A DNA stretch of 45,508 nt, taken from the IMG/VR virus record IMGVR_UViG_3300031565_000079, positions 1-45,508 of that record; one strand, 5' to 3'. Positions within the stretch are counted from its first letter, which is position 1; every line of letters starts with the position of its first letter. The notes under the pieces were generated by a model. The model saw nothing but the letters and a program-made list of their open reading frames with translations, did no database searches and was not told where the DNA came from. Of the stretch, positions 43,984-45,508 are shown piece by piece. Made by a program: the position numbers and the translations under genes. Source of the stretch: a virus.

Positions 43984-44351
43984 TATTCTTCCTTAACAAA
44001 GCATTTTTTAAATAACTCTTTTTGTCTATCATCTAATTCTTTCCAAAATTCAGTAACATCAAACCTTACCCCTGTTACCAGATTTATTATCTCCATAATG
44101 TCATCTACTGCTGGGAAGTATTTTTGCTCTAATTCATATATTGTATTTAACCAATTATCTTCTTCCATTCTACACATATCATATTTAAGACTGTGCCACA
44201 TCTCCCTATATTTCTCACCTTGCTGGAGTAGGGAGATAACCTCTTTTATCCAATGGTTATATTTACTTTGATATTCTGGCATATCATCTTCTTCCCCGAT
44301 ACAAAAATATAGTGTATTTTCTAAAAACATAATCGCCTCTTTCGTATTCAT
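43983..44351 (-). CDS. Hypothetical protein, member B of the GEKY...W...KYFP paralog family
   Basis: Track ORF of 122 aa containing QQGEKYREMWHSL...ELEQKYFP. It shares the 93-bp identical block with ORF 339-767. Confidence 0.7.
   Translation of the reverse strand: MNTKEAIMFLENTLYFCIGEEDDMPEYQSKYNHWIKEVISLLQQGEKYREMWHSLKYDMCRMEEDNWLNTIYELEQKYFPAVDDIMEIINLVTGVRFDVTEFWKELDDRQKELFKKCFVKEE
44250..44342. repeat. 93-bp perfect direct repeat, copy 2 (partner 657-749)
   Basis: See copy 1. Confidence 0.9.
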
Positions 44352-44363
44352 AATTCACCTCCT

Positions 44364-44510
44364 TTAATTTTCTACCTCCCCACCACAATAAGGACAAGTA
44401 ACTATTCCCAAAAATTCCTTATCTACTGCAAATTCTTCATCACATTCATTGCAGTATAAAATGTAAAATTTTATCAAATCTTCTTTTTCTGTTTTTCTCC
44501 AATATTTCAT
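44364..44510 (-). CDS. Zinc-ribbon mini-protein (48 aa)
   Basis: Hand translation gives MKYWRKTEKEDLIKFYILYCNECDEEFAVDKEFLGIVTCPYCGGEVEN, with RBS ggaggtgaattATG. Confidence 0.5.
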   Translation of the reverse strand: MKYWRKTEKEDLIKFYILYCNECDEEFAVDKEFLGIVTCPYCGGEVEN

Positions 44511-44583
44511 AATTCACCTCCTTAATAAACTAATAATCCCCACTATAAGACATATTAATCCTATGAATGGTATAATTAAATGT

Positions 44584-44799
44584 TTATTCATCTAATATTC
44601 CATCTTTAACTAATCCGTCCATTAATGGTTTGATATTGTCTCTTAAATATCTTGCATAAAATTTTACCCAACACCAACCATCTATTTCTTGTTCTCGTTT
44701 TAGTTCAATAAATTCATCCATCTCTTTATCTGTTAATAGTTCAAATTCTATGTTTTGCCACTTACTATTTTTTTTTACTCTTACATAAGTTCCTGTCAT
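44584..44799 (-). CDS. Hypothetical protein (71 aa)
   Basis: Start trimmed to the ATG at 44799, which follows gggagggtggtaataATG. Confidence 0.55.
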   Translation of the reverse strand: MTGTYVRVKKNSKWQNIEFELLTDKEMDEFIELKREQEIDGWCWVKFYARYLRDNIKPLMDGLVKDGILDE

Positions 44800-44801
44800 T
44801 A

Positions 44802-45122
44802 TTACCACCCTCCCATATAAAAGTCATTATTATATTTTCTACACAAATTCGACCTGGGGTTTGCTCTCGTCCCTTCTGGTTGTTTAGTAAATTGCGTCTT
44901 TGAATTACGTTCCCGTATTCTCTGAAGTTCGCTACCTTTTTCTTTTCGCTTTCGACCACTACCTTGTCTACTTCCGCCCCATATGGATTTTTTACTTAAT
45001 CCCATTTTCATAAGCTGGTCTTTTACAACTTGATAAGTTAGTTCGTATTTGCGACACAAATCTTTAATTGCTACATTACTTTTGAAGTCATTTATTAATT
45101 CCTCAGGTAAGTTATTTTTCAT
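44802..45122 (-). CDS. Putative DNA-binding protein (HTH followed by a basic GGSRQGSGRKRK tail)
   Basis: Track ORF of 106 aa with RBS gaggaggggaacaATG. It contains IKDLCRKYELTYQVVKDQLMKMG. Confidence 0.55.
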   Translation of the reverse strand: MKNNLPEELINDFKSNVAIKDLCRKYELTYQVVKDQLMKMGLSKKSIWGGSRQGSGRKRKEKGSELQRIRERNSKTQFTKQPEGTRANPRSNLCRKYNNDFYMGGW

Positions 45123-45354
45123 TGTTCCCCTCCTCTTTGGGGAAGTATTTTTGCTCTAACTTATTAATGTATTTTTCCCAATAAGTTCCTATTTGTCTTG
45201 GTCTATTATCTCTAAATTCCTCCCATATCTGCCGATACTTCTCACCTTGTTGAAGATATATAATAATGTTAACTGCTTCATCTGGACATAATGGTATATC
45301 ATTTTCCGAACGTGCATATTCCCTTAAAAGGTTAATTAGATATTTAACTTCCAC
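45112..45354 (-). CDS. Hypothetical protein, member C of the GEKY...W...KYFP paralog family
   Basis: Start trimmed to the GTG at 45354, which follows gagaaggaggcgaaaagca. It contains QQGEKYRQIWEEF...LEQKYFPKEE. The longer track ORF would overlap the HNH 3' end. Confidence 0.6.
   Translation of the reverse strand: MEVKYLINLLREYARSENDIPLCPDEAVNIIIYLQQGEKYRQIWEEFRDNRPRQIGTYWEKYINKLEQKYFPKEEGNNEK
45215..45250. repeat. 36-bp perfect direct repeat, copy 2 (partner 532-567)
   Basis: See copy 1. Confidence 0.9.
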
Positions 45355-45508
45355 TGCTTTTCGCCTCCTTCTCAAAATAAAATATACCGTTGAATGGCTT
45401 AATCCCAACAATACCGTAATCTATAGCAACCTTTATAGTGTATTGACTTTGTAGTCTTTCATATAGAGTTTTCATTAATACCCTAAATCCCTCTAAATCT
45501 TGTTCTCT
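45344..45508 (-). CDS. 3' end of the junction-spanning HNH endonuclease gene (same gene as 1-346; 45382-45508 duplicates 1-127)
   Basis: The reading frame from 1-346 continues ...KPFNGIFYFEKEAKSSGS and ends at the TAA at 45344-45346. Confidence 0.6.
   Translation of the reverse strand, partial: REQDLEGFRVLMKTLYERLQSQYTIKVAIDYGIVGIKPFNGIFYFEKEAKSSGS
45382..45508. repeat. Terminal exact repeat, copy 2 (equals 1-127)
   Basis: See 1-127. Confidence 0.95.

Overview
The window is an AT-rich tailed-phage genome of about 45.4 kb, assembled as a closed circle: bases 1-127 are identical to 45382-45508. I count roughly 95 tightly packed genes. Almost all are on the minus strand, with strong GGAGG-type ribosome-binding sites and many ATGA/TAATG/GTGA start-stop overlaps.

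Modules, in minus-strand transcription order:
- 45.4-41.8 kb: an accessory small-gene region wrapping the junction, with a 5-member paralog family, HNH and NinG-like nucleases and a DNA methyltransferase.
- 39.6-41.8 kb: a plus-strand early operon with a consensus sigma70 promoter, small ORFs, an RHH gene and a terminator.
- 35.96-36.27 kb: an RNA island with tRNA-Trp, a 153-nt structured spacer and an 81-nt element resembling the tmRNA acceptor domain.
- 34.7-28.1 kb: packaging and head genes (HNH, terL split over two frames, two small ORFs, a roughly 350-nt structured non-coding RNA ending in a strong terminator, portal, HNH, scaffold, major capsid).
- 28-13.6 kb: virion and tail genes, including a transglutaminase-like lipoprotein, an FN3-repeat protein and a 1759-aa HExxH protein.
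- 12.96-13.6 kb: a plus-strand lipoprotein moron.
- 12.7-10.2 kb: two repeat-rich tail-fibre genes behind a promoter whose spacer contains a G8 run.
- 10.2-8.4 kb: a lysis cassette (holin-like protein, GH108 endolysin, exported thioredoxin, membrane proteins).
- 8.4-7.9 kb: a self-contained HTH regulator cassette.
- 7.9-1 kb: phosphoesterase, HAD and MazG-like genes, a secreted serine protease, HNH and PD-(D/E)XK nucleases and an OB-fold protein.

I could not recognise a DNA or RNA polymerase, primase/helicase, integrase, reverse transcriptase or CRISPR array by eye.

Best candidates for something new:
1. terL interrupted exactly at its Walker A codons by a +1 frame change at GGGGGGAGGU-UGA-C, which resembles the prfB recoding site.
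2. The tRNA-Trp plus tmRNA-TLD-like minihelix (G3:U70, ...CCUCCACCA) and the structured RNA between them.
3. The structured RNA and terminator abutting the portal RBS.
4. A possible slipped-strand phase-variable tail-fibre promoter back-to-back with a lipoprotein moron.
5. An exact 15-nt hairpin motif present five times, always reading the same way on the locally coding strand.

All protein family calls rest on motifs read by eye. No database search was possible.
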